A stretch of 50,630 bases of DNA, filler included, from Sphacelaria rigidula (GCA_964200075.2; 3 parts of 3 records of this genome joined end to end with filler, not necessarily neighbours in it), one strand, 5' to 3'; shown: positions 1-13,081, counted from the first letter of the whole stretch. The notes: generated by a model not told the origin, from the sequence alone. Program-made: numbers and translations.

Positions 1-662
1 TTTCAACGACGATCTGACTCGAAATTTTGAGCAACAAATGGCCCGAAATACCCCCCCCCCTATCGTAGGATGACTCAATAGATGAACAATGGGAAAGACA
101 TTGCTTATGGGGGTCTTCATTCAGGCGAGGATGGGCGGTTGGGTTGGCCATGGACGCTGGTGAGGACATATGGGAGCGTCACGAGGTCAACTTTAAAGAG
201 GACCTTGCAACGGAGAAGAGAAGAGCAGGGGGCATAATTTCGTTGGGGGCAGAATATCATTTTGTGTTGGGTTCTTGATATATAAATAGTTGTTTGTTGT
301 GGATCCTACATACAGATGGTATCCCATGTTTTCATAATTAAATATAGAACACTCTGAACAGATCATGTTTGCTGATAGCGCTATGCCGTGTGTAGGCTAG
401 GCACGCTCTGTCTGTGGTGTGTCCATAACGACGCTACTTGACCACCTCGTTGCCATTGGCCCGTCCTTTTTTTGTTCTTGTCTTTGGATATTCCTATCTG
501 ACGTTGTTCAGTCTCCGGTGCGCCGGCTCTGTAGAGGATCTCTTTGAACAGCACTCTAGATAATACATATATTTTGGGATTGGTCTCTGTTCTATGCGAC
601 AGTTTCGATCATCGGCTTATCGCTGTTACTACTCTGTGTATACACCAGTACGTGCCAAGGTA

Positions 663-1217
663 CAGTAATGGGCGATCTCACTGTTCAAGGGTGTTTTGGG
701 GTTTTCCTCGCAAACTGCTCTTCGATAGAACTCGAAATTGTTAGCGTCGGTAGATTTTGGTACAATAAGCAAATCACCCTCGAAACATAGTGCCCAAGTC
801 AGTGTGAGTTGGTGTTATCGGGCGATACGAGTAAATACCCTGTTCGTTAGGAAGGTGTTATTGACCGTGAAACACAGTTTTCCGGCGTTAGTGCAATGAA
901 TAGGTGAAATAAAAAATAAAAAAACTGCACACTTTTCACAAACATGATCGGGACAGGCTCGATCGACTGACACTACCAAAATATCGAAAAGTAAGTATCT
1001 GGGCTGAAACTTGGCAGGACCCCCGATGACCGGTCAGGCCATAAGTAACTCAATATTGAGTTCATATGATTTTTTTTCTTGGAATGTTGAGCGAGTATAA
1101 ATATCTTCAGACCCTCGATGTTATAAGCGGTGGCAAGCGAAAAGAGCCCAAGAAAATCGCTAATTACGAAAAAATCACAAGATGTCACGAAATGAATAGG
1201 TAGACTGCCCACTACTA
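663..1217. mobile_element. MITE family A, copy 1 (Tc1/mariner-like, TA target site)
   Basis: TA|CAGTAATGGGCGATCT ... AGACTGCCCACTACTA|TA imperfect TIRs; colinear diverged copy at 30234-31024. Confidence 0.7.
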
Positions 1218-1219
1218 TA

Positions 1220-1482
1220 GTCGGAGAGGTCACGCGGGGACTTTTTAGATTCCAGCAGGTCTCCTGTAGTTCAATTAGTCTTATACTGATTTTTCGCTGT
1301 GTAGGTGCGTTTTTTCGTGTAGAAGTCTTGTTTCTTGCTTTCCTCTGCGTGATGTCTGAGTTATGGATATGGGTGCTATGCTCCTTGCAATCTGTGACCA
1401 CGGGTTCGAGAGATCGAGCTAATGTGACAACATAATAATGATAATAATTATAATGACGATGATGATGATAATAATAAAACGA

Positions 1483-1532
<50 letters not shown>

Positions 1533-1585
1533 TTACTACTACTAATCATAATAATAATCATTAAAATATAACAATAATCATAATA
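1220..1585 (+). mobile_element. LINE-type 3' end with an expanded (TAA/GAT/TAC)n microsatellite tail
   Basis: CTGTGACCACGG...TAATGTGACAAC terminus is shared with 5980-6076 and 25508-25620; followed by about 150 nt of trinucleotide repeats. Confidence 0.55.
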
Positions 1586-4500
1586 TATTAAGCTACAGAT
1601 TTCGCCTTTTTGTGGCCCAACATGCAGACCCATGCAAGAGACAATGGCAGAAAATGACCGCATGAACGACGGGGACCGAACGTAAAAAATAGACACGTGA
1701 GAACGATGTCGAAGTACGAAGGCATCGTTTTTCCAACTAAAATTCTAACGAAATATAGTTCTATTTGTTACTGAACACTGTGGTGTATGCCTTTTCATCC
1801 ATAATTTGAGGAGGCAGCAGCACAGAACTCACGACATCTTCTGGTATAACCCATCCTTTCTGGACGGATGACAGCAATCGTGGATACTGACTGCATGCCT
1901 TTCTTGGTGCATGTCCTCTTCGTTCGATTCTCTCAATGACTTTGTTGTGTAGCACGTGATGCCTCTAACCGAATGTTGCTTCCGGTCGGCCGCTTGTTGT
2001 TTCTCGGTTGCTGCTACAATGGCAGTCCTCTTCCTCTTGCACTTGTCTTCGCTGCGCTGCTGCAACCCGGTTTGTTTCGTCGCCGTGCTGTCGACGCTTG
2101 CACCAGAGGCTGAGGGGGTGTTAGAATTCCAGCGTGATTCAATTGACTGCGCGATTTGATGCTGAGGGGCCGAAATGCCCACGATTATCTCGGGTGTCGG
2201 CTCCAGCAACCCATTCCGGTCGACGAAGACGGCACCATAGGCGAGAAGTGTTGCACCCGCCACCGCATCGTGAACTTGATTGGTGCATGTTGTCGATGTT
2301 CATTTTTGTGATCGCTGGTTCGATTTTCACTGTACACCAACCACTTCATTATCTCATCGGAGTACGTAGCTGCATATCCGACCAGAGTTGCAGCATGACT
2401 TCAAAGTGTTGCATGTGTCTGGAAACTCACAGCTTCGACACACCTTATTACCCGTCTCCGCGGTTCAAAAATTGCTCTCTAGGTGTGTCGTGTATCGTTG
2501 CAAGTTTCTTAACTTCTCCGATAGTGTGCTCATGCTAAAACGGGTGGGTATCTCACCCTGTGAGGATCAAACACCCCAACCAATATTGCTATTTTGTTGT
2601 GCGGTTCCTCCAGATGTGGCGAGGTACTGTCCAGCGTTGAGGCGAAAAACAACGAAGGTTACGAGGAGAGTGCGATGGCTGTGAGAGCGGGGTTAGGGAA
2701 GGAGAGAAGGGTGAACACAGGCAGCCTCCTCCGCGGGATCGTTTCAGGATGCCGAACATTATGGCTACACGGCGGTTGCGCTTGTCGAAGGGTTATTGTT
2801 AACCTAACGGCAGAGCGTGAAGCAAGCTACCAAGAGCAGTAGAGAAAAGGATGCCCTGTTTCGACATTCATTCGTCGCCAACAGCACTGCAGCATGATCA
2901 CCGGGAAGTCGGGGTGCTGCGTTGTAATGGCTGGTGCATGATGCAGCATCGAAGTGCTTTGGTATTGGATTTGATGCGTGATGCACCATCTGAGTATGTT
3001 CATGCTGGTTGCATAGTTTGTATGACATATGTACGTTGTGTTGCGCACTTGAGCAGCACCGTAAGTGCACAGGCCAGACTTCCGTAGGTGTTTAGCGTGT
3101 GTACCCCGATATGTAGATGTGAACGTGCTCAGCTACAGTCATGATTTTAGTTCGTTTATGTATCTGTTACTTGAGTACAGAACAGTACTATACTTTTACG
3201 CGAGGCTGAAGAAAATGTGTACGCGCTAAGAATGCTAGTATCATTAATCAAGCACGGTAACGTACGGTTACCATACGGTACCTTGCTCCGCTGTTGAGGC
3301 TGGTCCCACCCACTACTAGGCCCAAAAAAGTGACAGCAGCGATTTTTCACTCGAGGTTTGGGATTTGAGACCTTAAATTTCAGGGAGAGGAGCGCACCCA
3401 TATTTCAAGGCCATGGTTAGTGTTTTCCTTTTCAAGTTTCCTTCTCCCATCGAGATAGGCCCATTTAAGGGAAATTCCGACGTAAATATCTGCCCTCATC
3501 TCCAGGAGAAGTGAAATGAAAAGATCGGTGGGTGTGACTTCTGACTTGTCGATGCGTTCGTCCTCCCTTTAAAGCAAACCTCAAGTGAAGAGTCCTAGCT
3601 AGATAGGTGAGTTTCCAAGGGCGTGCAAATCACACAGTTGTAGAGGTACATATATGCCCCAGTGTTCGTTTTCGCCATAACTTCCGAACGGCGACGGATT
3701 AGGAGCGAATGAAGAGCGTATTTTTTGTTGTCACCCTGATATCAGCTGCACGTGCACCGATTTCAGCGCAATCGGGCTAGAGCTCGAATATCTTGATTTT
3801 TGTACCAGGCCGCATTCGATGTCCCAGGATATGGTAAAGCGATGAAAGTGCGATCAGAGCGTGCGGTGCACGCCAGAGTGGCAACTCGGTTGCAGGGAAC
3901 TTGAGTGTATCGCTTTTTACTGTTTTTCGTCCTAGTTTCGCCGGAGAAACTTTTTTTTGGGTACAGTATTGGGACCAGCATGCACAAAACTCTACGGATA
4001 GACGGGACTGAAGGATGTTGGATACTGCACTGTACGACGTGAGGATAATACACTCGAGATGCCATGTAATAACTCACTCCTCCTACGGCGTTCCGCTCCC
4101 GCGGTAACTTTCAACAACGTTGTTACAGTTGAACCGGTCAAGTGGGCAACGTACGCAATTAATGAACATGTCATTTGACAAGCGGTCCTCCACGACAGGC
4201 TTCACGGGTTAGCCTCTCTCCACCTGCCCCCACACCACCCACTCAACGGCTTCTGATTTGTCTTTCGCGCTTGAAATCTGAGGAACTGGGAGCTCGAACA
4301 CAGCAGGGTACAGACAGCCAAAAAACACATTACAGCATAGTTACTGCTGTCCATCGCGGTAGCATGGCCTGGGAAGCGTCCACTCCGTTTCCGGTAGTAC
4401 TGGTACCCTCTCTTACTGAATGTGTCTCTCGTATCGTATAATATATAAAGCTGCACATTGCATCAAGCGCGGTGACTTAAATAAATCGCTCGCCATGTTT

Positions 4501-5835
4501 GTTTCTAGGGACACAGCAGGAGAAACCCACAAGGGTCCGGTGTTCCGTGCAGCATGCTGCCTAACATCGAACAACCATCTAACTTGACAACCAGAAGCGC
4601 CGTTGGTGAGACCCCAATGAACAACCGCTTTGTCGTAAGTCGGTACAATTAGAGCGCGGGACATTGAGATGCGATCTTCGTAGAGCCGTGATGTACAAAC
4701 AAACCCGCCGCATATCTGACGGATGTTGTCGGATTTGCCACCATCTATGACGGATGTGTCGATGGCTTCCCTTCTTTGCTCGTTCTGCGCGTTTTATAAT
4801 TTTTATCTGTGTTTTTGTGCGGTGTCCCAGAGCCTCTTCTATCGTGCGGAAACCCCAGCACACACATTTGCTACAAGACAGCGTGTACGTGAGAGAGGTC
4901 GCCTTCCTTGTACTCCCGGGAAAATAAAGCATGCATTATCGTCTACGCAATCTGATGATTGCTACAGCGGCGGAGGCAGCAGGCGCCTTCCTGCTGCCGC
5001 TTTCTCGCATTGGTGCAGGAGCCGGCCGCTGCTGCTTCTGCTGCCCACACCCGAATCACGAAGGCAGCGGTCATATCATACCTGGTCCATCTCGCAAAAC
5101 TCGTGGGAACACTGCCGATCAAGGCAAAACCTATGCTGCAGAGTATTAGCGATATTCTGGTGGGGACTGCGGCGTGCAGGGTCAGCTAGCCTCCATAAAT
5201 GGCCCTTCTCGAGCTCGCGAGCTGGGTGAACGATGCCCATCGGACTTGTCGATGCTTTCCGCTCCGTCTTCTTCCTTCGCCGCATCCAACACGACGCAAG
5301 TCGTTGGGGTACGTCGATCTTCTGGCATGGCGGAGGGCGCACCAGAGGTATGTTTGTGTTTGCGCGCACGTCGAGGAGTGGATCCAAAGAACAGCTGCAC
5401 TCGTATGATAGACGTGTTGATTAACTGAAGGATGTTTTGTCACCGCAGAGGGAGGTGAAACACACTCTCGGACATGAGACTTGGAAAGAGAACAGAAAAA
5501 GGCGCCAATATCGAACAAGCATCCCTCTGTATCCTACACCGTTGTATCCGGACAAACTTAGGGCACCCAGCAGCAACAGAATACATGACAGGCAGAGACG
5601 ATGCACACCACTGACGCGCACGTGATCAAAATGTGCACGCATGTTGGCCTGTGCGGACGTACGTAAATGCACGATGTCGTGATGGGCCTGGCGCCGGGCG
5701 CACGTCCAGCTAGCTCTCTTCACGCGGGCATGAGTAGATGATGGTTGGTGGATGAAACATGATAATTTCCCAAGATATGCTGTCTGTTGCGGCGCCGGTC
5801 GCCCCGGTGGCTCAGTTGGTAACCTCAAAACCTTC

Positions 5836-7116
5836 CACACCCTGTACAACTACAATAGTTGGTGTTGTTTCTCAAACAACTAACTGTTTAGAATCGTGTG
5901 CAACTAGCTGCTTCCAACAACTAATTGTTCAGAACCGCGTGCAACCAATTGTTTGGAAACAACTAATTATTCAGAATCATGTGACCACGGAAGGCGTCCG
6001 CATAAGATGCCCAGTACCAATGTACCGCGCAGATATCGGAACGGCTTTTAATGTGAAGACAACAACAACAACAACATCTGCAACTACTTTGGAAACAACT
6101 AACTGTTGAGAATCATGTGTAACTAGTTGTTTGGAAACAACGAACTGTTCAGAATCGTTGGCAACTATTATAGTTGTTTCCAAATAACTGACTGTTCATA
6201 ATCGTTTGCAACTACGGTAGTTGTTTCCAGACAACTACCAGGTACTTGGTCGACGAACAACTAACTTTAGTTGGTTATAGTTGGAAGAATGAAACCTCTG
6301 TATAGTAGTGGTGTGAACTCGTATCTGTGCAGGACAGGGAGTAGGTCAGTAAGATCAGGCCGACCTATTCCTGGATAAAGAAAAGGACATGTAGGTGTGA
6401 TGCAAAGCAAAGGCTTAGGTCATTCGGGGCGTGAGCATGACACGTTCAAGGTTCAGGCTTCGCTACTGTTTCATGTATGCATCACGTCCAACCGGCTTGA
6501 TCAACGACGGTTCCCCTGTGACATCAAAACACAAACACGTTTGCTCGTCACCATCTGGTGCTGGTGCTGGTGTAGGAGCAGCTGGTCCTTGTGTAGTGGC
6601 GGCTGGTGGCACAGCTGCCAGTTGGTGCGCTTGGTCTCTCGTGTGTGTTCGTGTGTGAGTGCGTGGGGTGCTCACATGTTCATGCGTCAGCTCAATCCCA
6701 GCCAACGGTCTAATTGTAACTGTTCCACTATGATGACAACTACCCGGGCCACTAAAAAACTACTTGTTCAGAATTGTGTGAACTACCCGGGTCACCAAAC
6801 GACTACTTGGTAAGAATCGTGTGCAACTAGTTGTCTCTAAACAACTAACTTTTCAGAACCGTGCGCAACTAGTTGTTTTCAAACAACCTCTGTTCCAAAA
6901 TCGTGCACAACTGGTTGTTTTCACACTACTGTTCCAAAATCGTGTGCAACCAGTTGTTTCACACAACTACTCTTTCAAAATCGTGTGCAACTAGTTGTTT
7001 CCAAACAACTAATCTCTGAGAATCGTGCGCAACTAGTTGTTTGGAAACAATTAGCCGGTAGTTTGTCGATCAACAACTAACTAAGTTAGTTGTTAGTCAT
7101 AATTGTACAGGGTGTG
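5836..7116. mobile_element. Non-autonomous TIR DNA transposon with 8-bp TSD and ~42-bp subterminal repeat arrays
   Basis: Perfect 14-bp TIR CACACCCTGTACAA / TTGTACAGGGTGTG; TSD AAACCTTC / CAACCTTC (7 of 8); tandem units near GAATCGTGTGCAACTAGTTGTTTGGAAACAACTAACTGTTCA at both ends. Confidence 0.85.
5980..6076 (+). mobile_element. 5'-truncated retroposon 3' end with (ACA)n tail, inserted in the TIR element
   Basis: Near-identical to 25508-25620; interrupts one 42-bp unit. Confidence 0.75.
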
Positions 7117-7446
7117 CAACCTTCTGACGGTTGGGTCGTGGGTTCGAATCTCGGAGCGATCTGGGGCTTTTCTCACACAAAGCTTTACAGTGAAGAGCGA
7201 CCATGTCGTGGGTACACAAAATTCGACTTAGCGGTCGACGAGGGAAAGGGACTGCTGAACTACTCTCGCGATAAAGAAATAAAGGCAAGTACCGCAGAAG
7301 GAAAGTGGTTTACTGAAATAAAACAAAACAAAAAACTCTTGTGTTAGCCTTCCTCCTGTGTGACCCCGGCTGAATCGCCCACGTATACCGAACGGTGTAG
7401 ACCGGCGTCCATAACAGATGGAAGGACAACAAAAAAAACAAACAGT

Positions 7447-7700
7447 ACTGTACTGCTTTGTCGGAGATCTCCGAAATGTTCGGACTTCGAGGAGTCTGCC
7501 GTCCGACGTCTCCGAAAACGAAGCGGCTCGAGTTGTTCTCCGCAGCTCCATTCTTGTAGAAGTCCGGAAAATTCGGACTGAAACGCAGCACTTCGGAGAG
7601 CTGCTCTGTGTGTACGCTATGGCGCTCGCAAGCGTTCGAGAGTCATCAGGCACCTCGCCAGTCCCGAAAATTTCGAAGTTTTCCGAAAATACAGTACAGT
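7447..7700. mobile_element. MITE family B (other copies at about 25923-26118 and 26674-26884)
   Basis: Inverted ends ACTGTACTG..TCGGAGATCTCCGAAA / CCGAAAATACAGTACAGT; internal blocks such as TCTCCGAAGTGCTGCGT and AAGCCGCT recur in the other two copies in opposite orientation. Confidence 0.55.
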
Positions 7701-7863
7701 GTCGACAATAATGGGTCTAAGGGACCGTTTTGGACAAAGCGCGTTCTGTTATACCAAGAACTGTTCTGTACTGCAGAAGTTTACAGGGTCGTTGTTTCGG
7801 TCGGCCCAGTTCACTCAAGAATCCGATGAGACCCATTATTATAGACCTCTTTTCTTACTACGT

Positions 7864-8070
7864 CGTAGCTGCTCTGTGTGTCACCGACCAAAAACACGAA
7901 CAGACCGGAGATGCTGTTCATCCCCTGATGATTGATGCATGCCGAAAAATCCCCTAAAGTACTTGTGATTTGAGTGGGGCTTTCACTCAACGATTTCCCC
8001 CCTTTCGTCGTCCCGGACTACGAACCACGGCGTGCCTCGGCTACTCACCGGCGTGTATGTCCAAGCTACA
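7864..8070. mobile_element. MITE family C (inverted copy at 45799-46062, in a helicase intron)
   Basis: About 190 nt align in reverse complement with 45799-45990; short termini GTAGCT...AGCTAC. Confidence 0.65.
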
Positions 8071-11000
8071 GTGAGACCGACAGACCCTGTCTGTTCACTT
8101 GCACGGGGAGCCCTTGGAAAAAACAGAGTGGCTACGACCCCTACTGCGCGGAGGCTGCTTATCAAAGAATAACCTGACTACAACAATACAAGCGCAGGAA
8201 TTAGGCAAGCAGAAACATTAACTTGGGTTTGCTGTACGCTCATACCTTCTTGTACTGCTCGGCATGGCCCGATAGGAAATGGGTAAAGCTGCGCTCGGCG
8301 TGGTGCTACCACAGAGGGCCCGTTCTGTGCATACATGCGATTACGCCTCTCAATCTCCCAGATTTGTTTTATCGCAGCATATACTACTACACCAGCTCTG
8401 ACCAGGCGATGATGAGGGGTTGGAGAGGTTCCATTGATCGGAAAATGTAAACAATCTCTTTCTCCCTTCCATGAAGGCAGAATTGAACTTTCGGGCACCC
8501 AAGAGCTGCTAAAATATGCCGCAATTTGTCATCCACACGACAAACGAGGAGGGGTCTAAGATTCAACCCTTTGCTCGCCACCCCCGCTCAGATTGCCTAT
8601 CGTACTTGGGCCTACGCCGGCATCATGCTTCGAAACCATCGCTTTGTTGAAGACGAAGCGCCTGTTCACGGACATGAAGAGTGAGGGTGCGGTACAAGTA
8701 TGTACTGTAGTGCCCACGGGCTGCAACAGAGTTAGCCGCGAACTTTCGGACACGCCCGGAGTGGTTCATGCACACCGGCAAGAGTGGTTGGGTAACGGCG
8801 TTGGGTTGCCTCCCGCAGTACTTCTCGATCACGGTTATGGTGGGGTATCAAGCGCGTGCGTTTATGGCGATGGTGTGCTCGACACAGCTCTCAATGATAT
8901 TCGAGGAGGCACGGATGTCCAAGACTGTTCGAAAAACACCTCTCGTATTTCAGCACTGGCATCTCATGTTGAGGCAAGTCTTTGCCGCCACTGGGTCATA
9001 CTGGGCAATATGTAATGGGACGTAGCTGCTCGTTTGCCCGCTTCTGGTTGGTCAGACCTACTGTCTCCGTTGCGTTCAAGCGAGATTCTGCGTTTTATGT
9101 CTTTCTAGAAATTTCCCAAAGACACACACGGCTGACTTTGGAAGCTTATCCGTTGATCGGGGAACCGCCGCCCCCAACTCCCATCCCTCTGCTCAGAAAC
9201 TGCCAATCCCTCGTCCAGAGACCCTCTAATACCCCAGGACTATCGGCCGGCGAAGCTGTTCCAAAATGAGGCTCGCGATCACAGCGTTGAATAGGAGAGC
9301 AAAACATATCATCTGTACTATAGCTCCCAACTGTGTGCATGTTCGCAACAGCGCATCCGCATTGTTATTCCACGTACAGTAGATGGGATTTATCTTTTGG
9401 ATCTGCAACCGATTCGACTATGGCGCCATGCACATGTATCAAAAAGCCGCAATTTTGGGATTTAGGGTGCCAATTTTGCGAGGAAAAGTCCGAAATACTT
9501 TTTGCTATAGATGGTTGTTCACTCGGTGTCGTCTGCGGACGGTTTAGACCGTATTTCATGTAGCCGATACAAAATGGGGTAGTGGGCTTATTTCACGCCC
9601 TGCGCAACAAAGGCCAAATCTCATGGATATATAATGGGTGGTTTCGTACCAGATCGCACACGAACATCTCTCGTCAACACGGAGTCGGGCATATCCCACT
9701 CTTTTGATTATTGTGTTTCCAACCATTTTGGTTGAGTCGACACATAATGCAGACCCTTGTTGGCACGAGGTGGCACGCAGACACAAAACTACAGAACGGC
9801 TACAAGATGGAACGGGATCATGTTCTTCACTGAGTATTGTATCACCGCACCACATTTGCTTGCCTGACTTTTTGACAGCTACTGCACAACAGATCCACCA
9901 TCGAGATATGCGATAGCTCACGGTGAGTACCTTGAACATACCAGTGTGCTGTGCTTTCTTTTGGGTGTTGCAGGTGCCAACATGGTGGATGAGAAAGGTC
10001 TCTGGTGTTTGTGTTGACAAACATGATACGATGCTGTCATCAACACCCCCTGCCCCCAAAACATTTTCTGTCAATGTCACGCGGACCGCTGTGCTACTCC
10101 CTCGATACTGCATGTTTTCCCGTCGAGCAAGCACACCGTGCCCAGCTGAGTAGTGGCAGACGCCCATCTGCCTTGCACTCCGTATTCGTCTCAGTAGGCC
10201 CCTGTATTTGCTCTCTTCAGGATAAAACAACCACACGCTGCATGCTGCATGCATCGTGAAAATTTGTGATCCCGCGGACGAGTTACTTCCAGCATGGGCA
10301 CTTGGAAGGTTTCTATTTCATTTCTCCTCGATTCGTCCGAGATTGACGAAATATATGTTTTCCATGGCCTTTCTTTGGATCTTCGACAGTTGCAACGGAG
10401 TGCCCACGTCGCCGATTCGAAAGAAACCGACGACAGGAATTCAGGACACAGTATAGAGTTCTGTTCTTCCTGAGTCTAACTCCCATGATGAGTCCGTTGT
10501 CCCAAGGGATGCACCCACCTGTCCTTCGGTGGCATGCCTCACCTGTTAGTATCGAGGACGCACCGCGTCCACTGACCTCGAACATACTCAGCCAAACGGA
10601 CTCTTTTTGCCACTCGCGTCTCCTCACGCTGTCAACGGCGGAAGTCATATATTGTACTTGTGAAACCCCCCCGGCAAACTAGACGTATCTGGCGGGAATC
10701 GCACCCGCGTTTTCTCCGCCCTACTATAATGGCATCGCTTGTACCATTACACTACCGAGGCGCAACGATATCCTAGAGTTTACACTACAAAAAACCCCAT
10801 AGGGTATCTAGCCAGATCGTGTATCGTCAATCTACCTCCTGTGTCAATCAGAAGGCAGTATATGTCCAGTCTTTCGGTCGTTTGATTGACACGGTGAGCA
10901 GCTCTACGGAGTGCGATCTAGCAACATGCCGTACGTAATGTGTTTTTTGTGTTGTAATTTGTACTGTAAACCGTGCCCTTTCATCAGTTTCCTTGAAGTG

Positions 11001-11210
11001 ACATGGTTCTCTTCTCTTGGCGGCCGCTCGTCGCCTCCACCCGAAGTTTGGATCGGCTGCGTAAGAGTACGTTCAATCGTGAACAATGGATGGCTTGCGG
11101 AACTTTCGGCCGCGATCATTTAGATGGAGGTAGCTACGCGTGATTTTCGACCGAGGATTGTACATGGGCAACTGTTTCACTGGGGTTTGTCCACAGGTAA
11201 GACCCAGTTA

Positions 11211-11605
11211 TATGCGACCTGAACATGAATCGTGCGAAAACGGGATATTTGAGCACTTGAAGGCGTTTTTGTCCCCGGGGGATAGGGTTGCCCCACCACA
11301 CTCCCTCGGAAACATTTTCTGTGATTGATGATACGAACCTAGAGCAATCTTCCGTTTATCCGCACACATTATGTTTCGATACGGGTCCACCTTTCCATTT
11401 GCGTACGCTTGGAACGGAAATGGAAAGGTGGACCCGTATCGAAGAATAGTGTGCGGAGAAACGGAACATTGCTCTCGAGTCGTCTCACCAGGCCTAAAAT
11501 ATGTTCTCGAGGAAGTGTGGTCCTGCAGCCCCAGTCCCGACGAGAAAAACGCCTTCAAATACTCAAATACCCGATGTTCGTGCGATTGATTTTCGGGTCC
11601 CATAG
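11211..11605. repeat. Long imperfect inverted repeat (foldback)
   Basis: Perfect 26-bp stem 11375-11400 / 11418-11443 with a 17-nt loop; pairing continues with mismatches for roughly 190 nt per arm. Confidence 0.85.
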
Positions 11606-13081
11606 GGGTTAGTATAAGTAAGGCCGCGTCTTATCGGGATAAAAACAAATTCAGCATTGAATAATCAGGTTGATATGATTTGTCTCTGAGATACCACCAC
11701 CCTCCGTCCCCAACAAAAAAAACTCAGACTCGATAATCATTTGTTTTGAGTGATGCCGATTTTTGAAGAGTGCTTTGGGTCTGTCTCAAACCCGTGCTTA
11801 CGCTCTTCAAGAAAAATCAGCTCGTAGAGGAACATACATAGCGACCACAAGGCGACACGTGCAGAGACGTAACACAGAACCAAGGCACAATCAGGCATCA
11901 GCTCCTCAGGCGCACTGCTCCCGACTGAAGAGAGCATGTCTCCACCCGTGGGTGTTGAACAGCTGAATACGATGTCCTCGATTTGGGGCAAATCTGTTTT
12001 GAGTTGAAAAAGATCCGGTGATTTGCGTCAGACCTTCCAAACGGAATCACTGACATGGGGTCAACGAAGGCACGCCTTGGAAACTTTTCTGGCGTGCACA
12101 AGGCCGCCCGCTGTCCAATAGTAAGTGGCTTGCCGTGGGAAACAGACTTCCTGTGTGTAGATGCACACGAGCTAGCGCCAGATGTAATGCGCTTGGGTGG
12201 GGCGAGTCTCTGTGGGAAGTTGTTCGAGCTTTGTTGTGCCCGTGTGACGTGTTTCAGTTGCTGTCCTCGTGCTGTCAGGTTCAAATGCTCAGAGTGTTGA
12301 GAGAAACTCCTGTGCGCCTCGGAATGGCCAAGTGAAAATGATTCGGGCAATTGCCCAGACAAGGTATACCTTCTCGTTTTTTGCCCAAGAAAGGTACATA
12401 AACAGACCAGAAATGCGATAACAGCAAAACATACACTCTATACCGTTTGTGCTCCGAACTTTACGTTGACATCAACCGGGGGGCTCCTTGGCGCCCGGGC
12501 CTCGAAAAATACCCAGGAAAAAACATGTTACTCGTGATATACGGTCATGCGCAAAAGGACGTCTTGCCTGCAGGAACTACTTCCCTTTCCTAGGCCAAAT
12601 ATCCACCAGGTGACAGGAGTCCTTTCTTAGATTCATACCTTATCTGGGCCACCAGTCGGCCGAGAAAGTACCTGTCCTGGGCCATCGCTTGCTACACTGT
12701 ATTTGATACGGCACACTGCGCGCAACGGAGTCCACGCGCCAACTCCAACCATGGGGTCCACACATTTGGCTCTTTTCCCGTTCATTTGCCGTTCACGGGC
12801 GCCGCAACAAGCACGATCACGCCCGTTTCTCCCCGGAAATGGTTCCCGAGTTCCTCCGCATCGACACAATAACTGGACTCACAACTCACAACGCGTCGGT
12901 ATTTTGTGATGCGGGAGGTTGTGGGACACCGTACTGTTCCGATCTCGGGGCTGGTGTCAGGGTCAAGCTAGACTCTTCCGTCACCAACGGGCGGTTGTCG
13001 CATCATCGATGGTTGGTTCAAGCAACGGATACAGTTTTGGCAGTCACGCTTAAAGAAACAAGAACAGAACACTGATAACAG

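Larger units (their letters stand above)
5794..7445 (+). mobile_element. tRNA-derived SINE, split by a DNA element
   Basis: Head GCCGGTCGCCCCGGTGGCTCAGTTGG (A box) at 5794-5819. The remainder resumes at 7117 with B box GGTTCGAATC, a body shared with four other copies, and an (ACA)/A tail. Confidence 0.8.

Noticed and set aside
1-630. LTR retrotransposon 3' end (PPT plus LTR)
   Set aside because: A purine-rich stretch is present, but no second LTR, clear TG...CA ends or recognisable pol motif is visible in the window.
1448-1696. Poly-Ser ORF
   Set aside because: Translation of the (TAC)n microsatellite.
1761-2330. Coding-like minus-strand ORFs (144 aa and 64 aa)
   Set aside because: Frames are broken and the peptide is unrecognisable; I cannot support a gene call.
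5860-7060. Palindromic ~42-bp repeats as CRISPR or iterons
   Set aside because: The units are contiguous with no unique spacers and lie within the TIRs of a transposon.
8178-9015. Overlapping ORFs suggesting a transposase or RT remnant
   Set aside because: No DDE, YxDD or zinc-knuckle motif could be identified in any frame.
9556-10254. 232-aa minus-strand ORF
   Set aside because: No recognisable motif, Cys/Arg-rich composition typical of non-coding frames, and no convincing exon partners.
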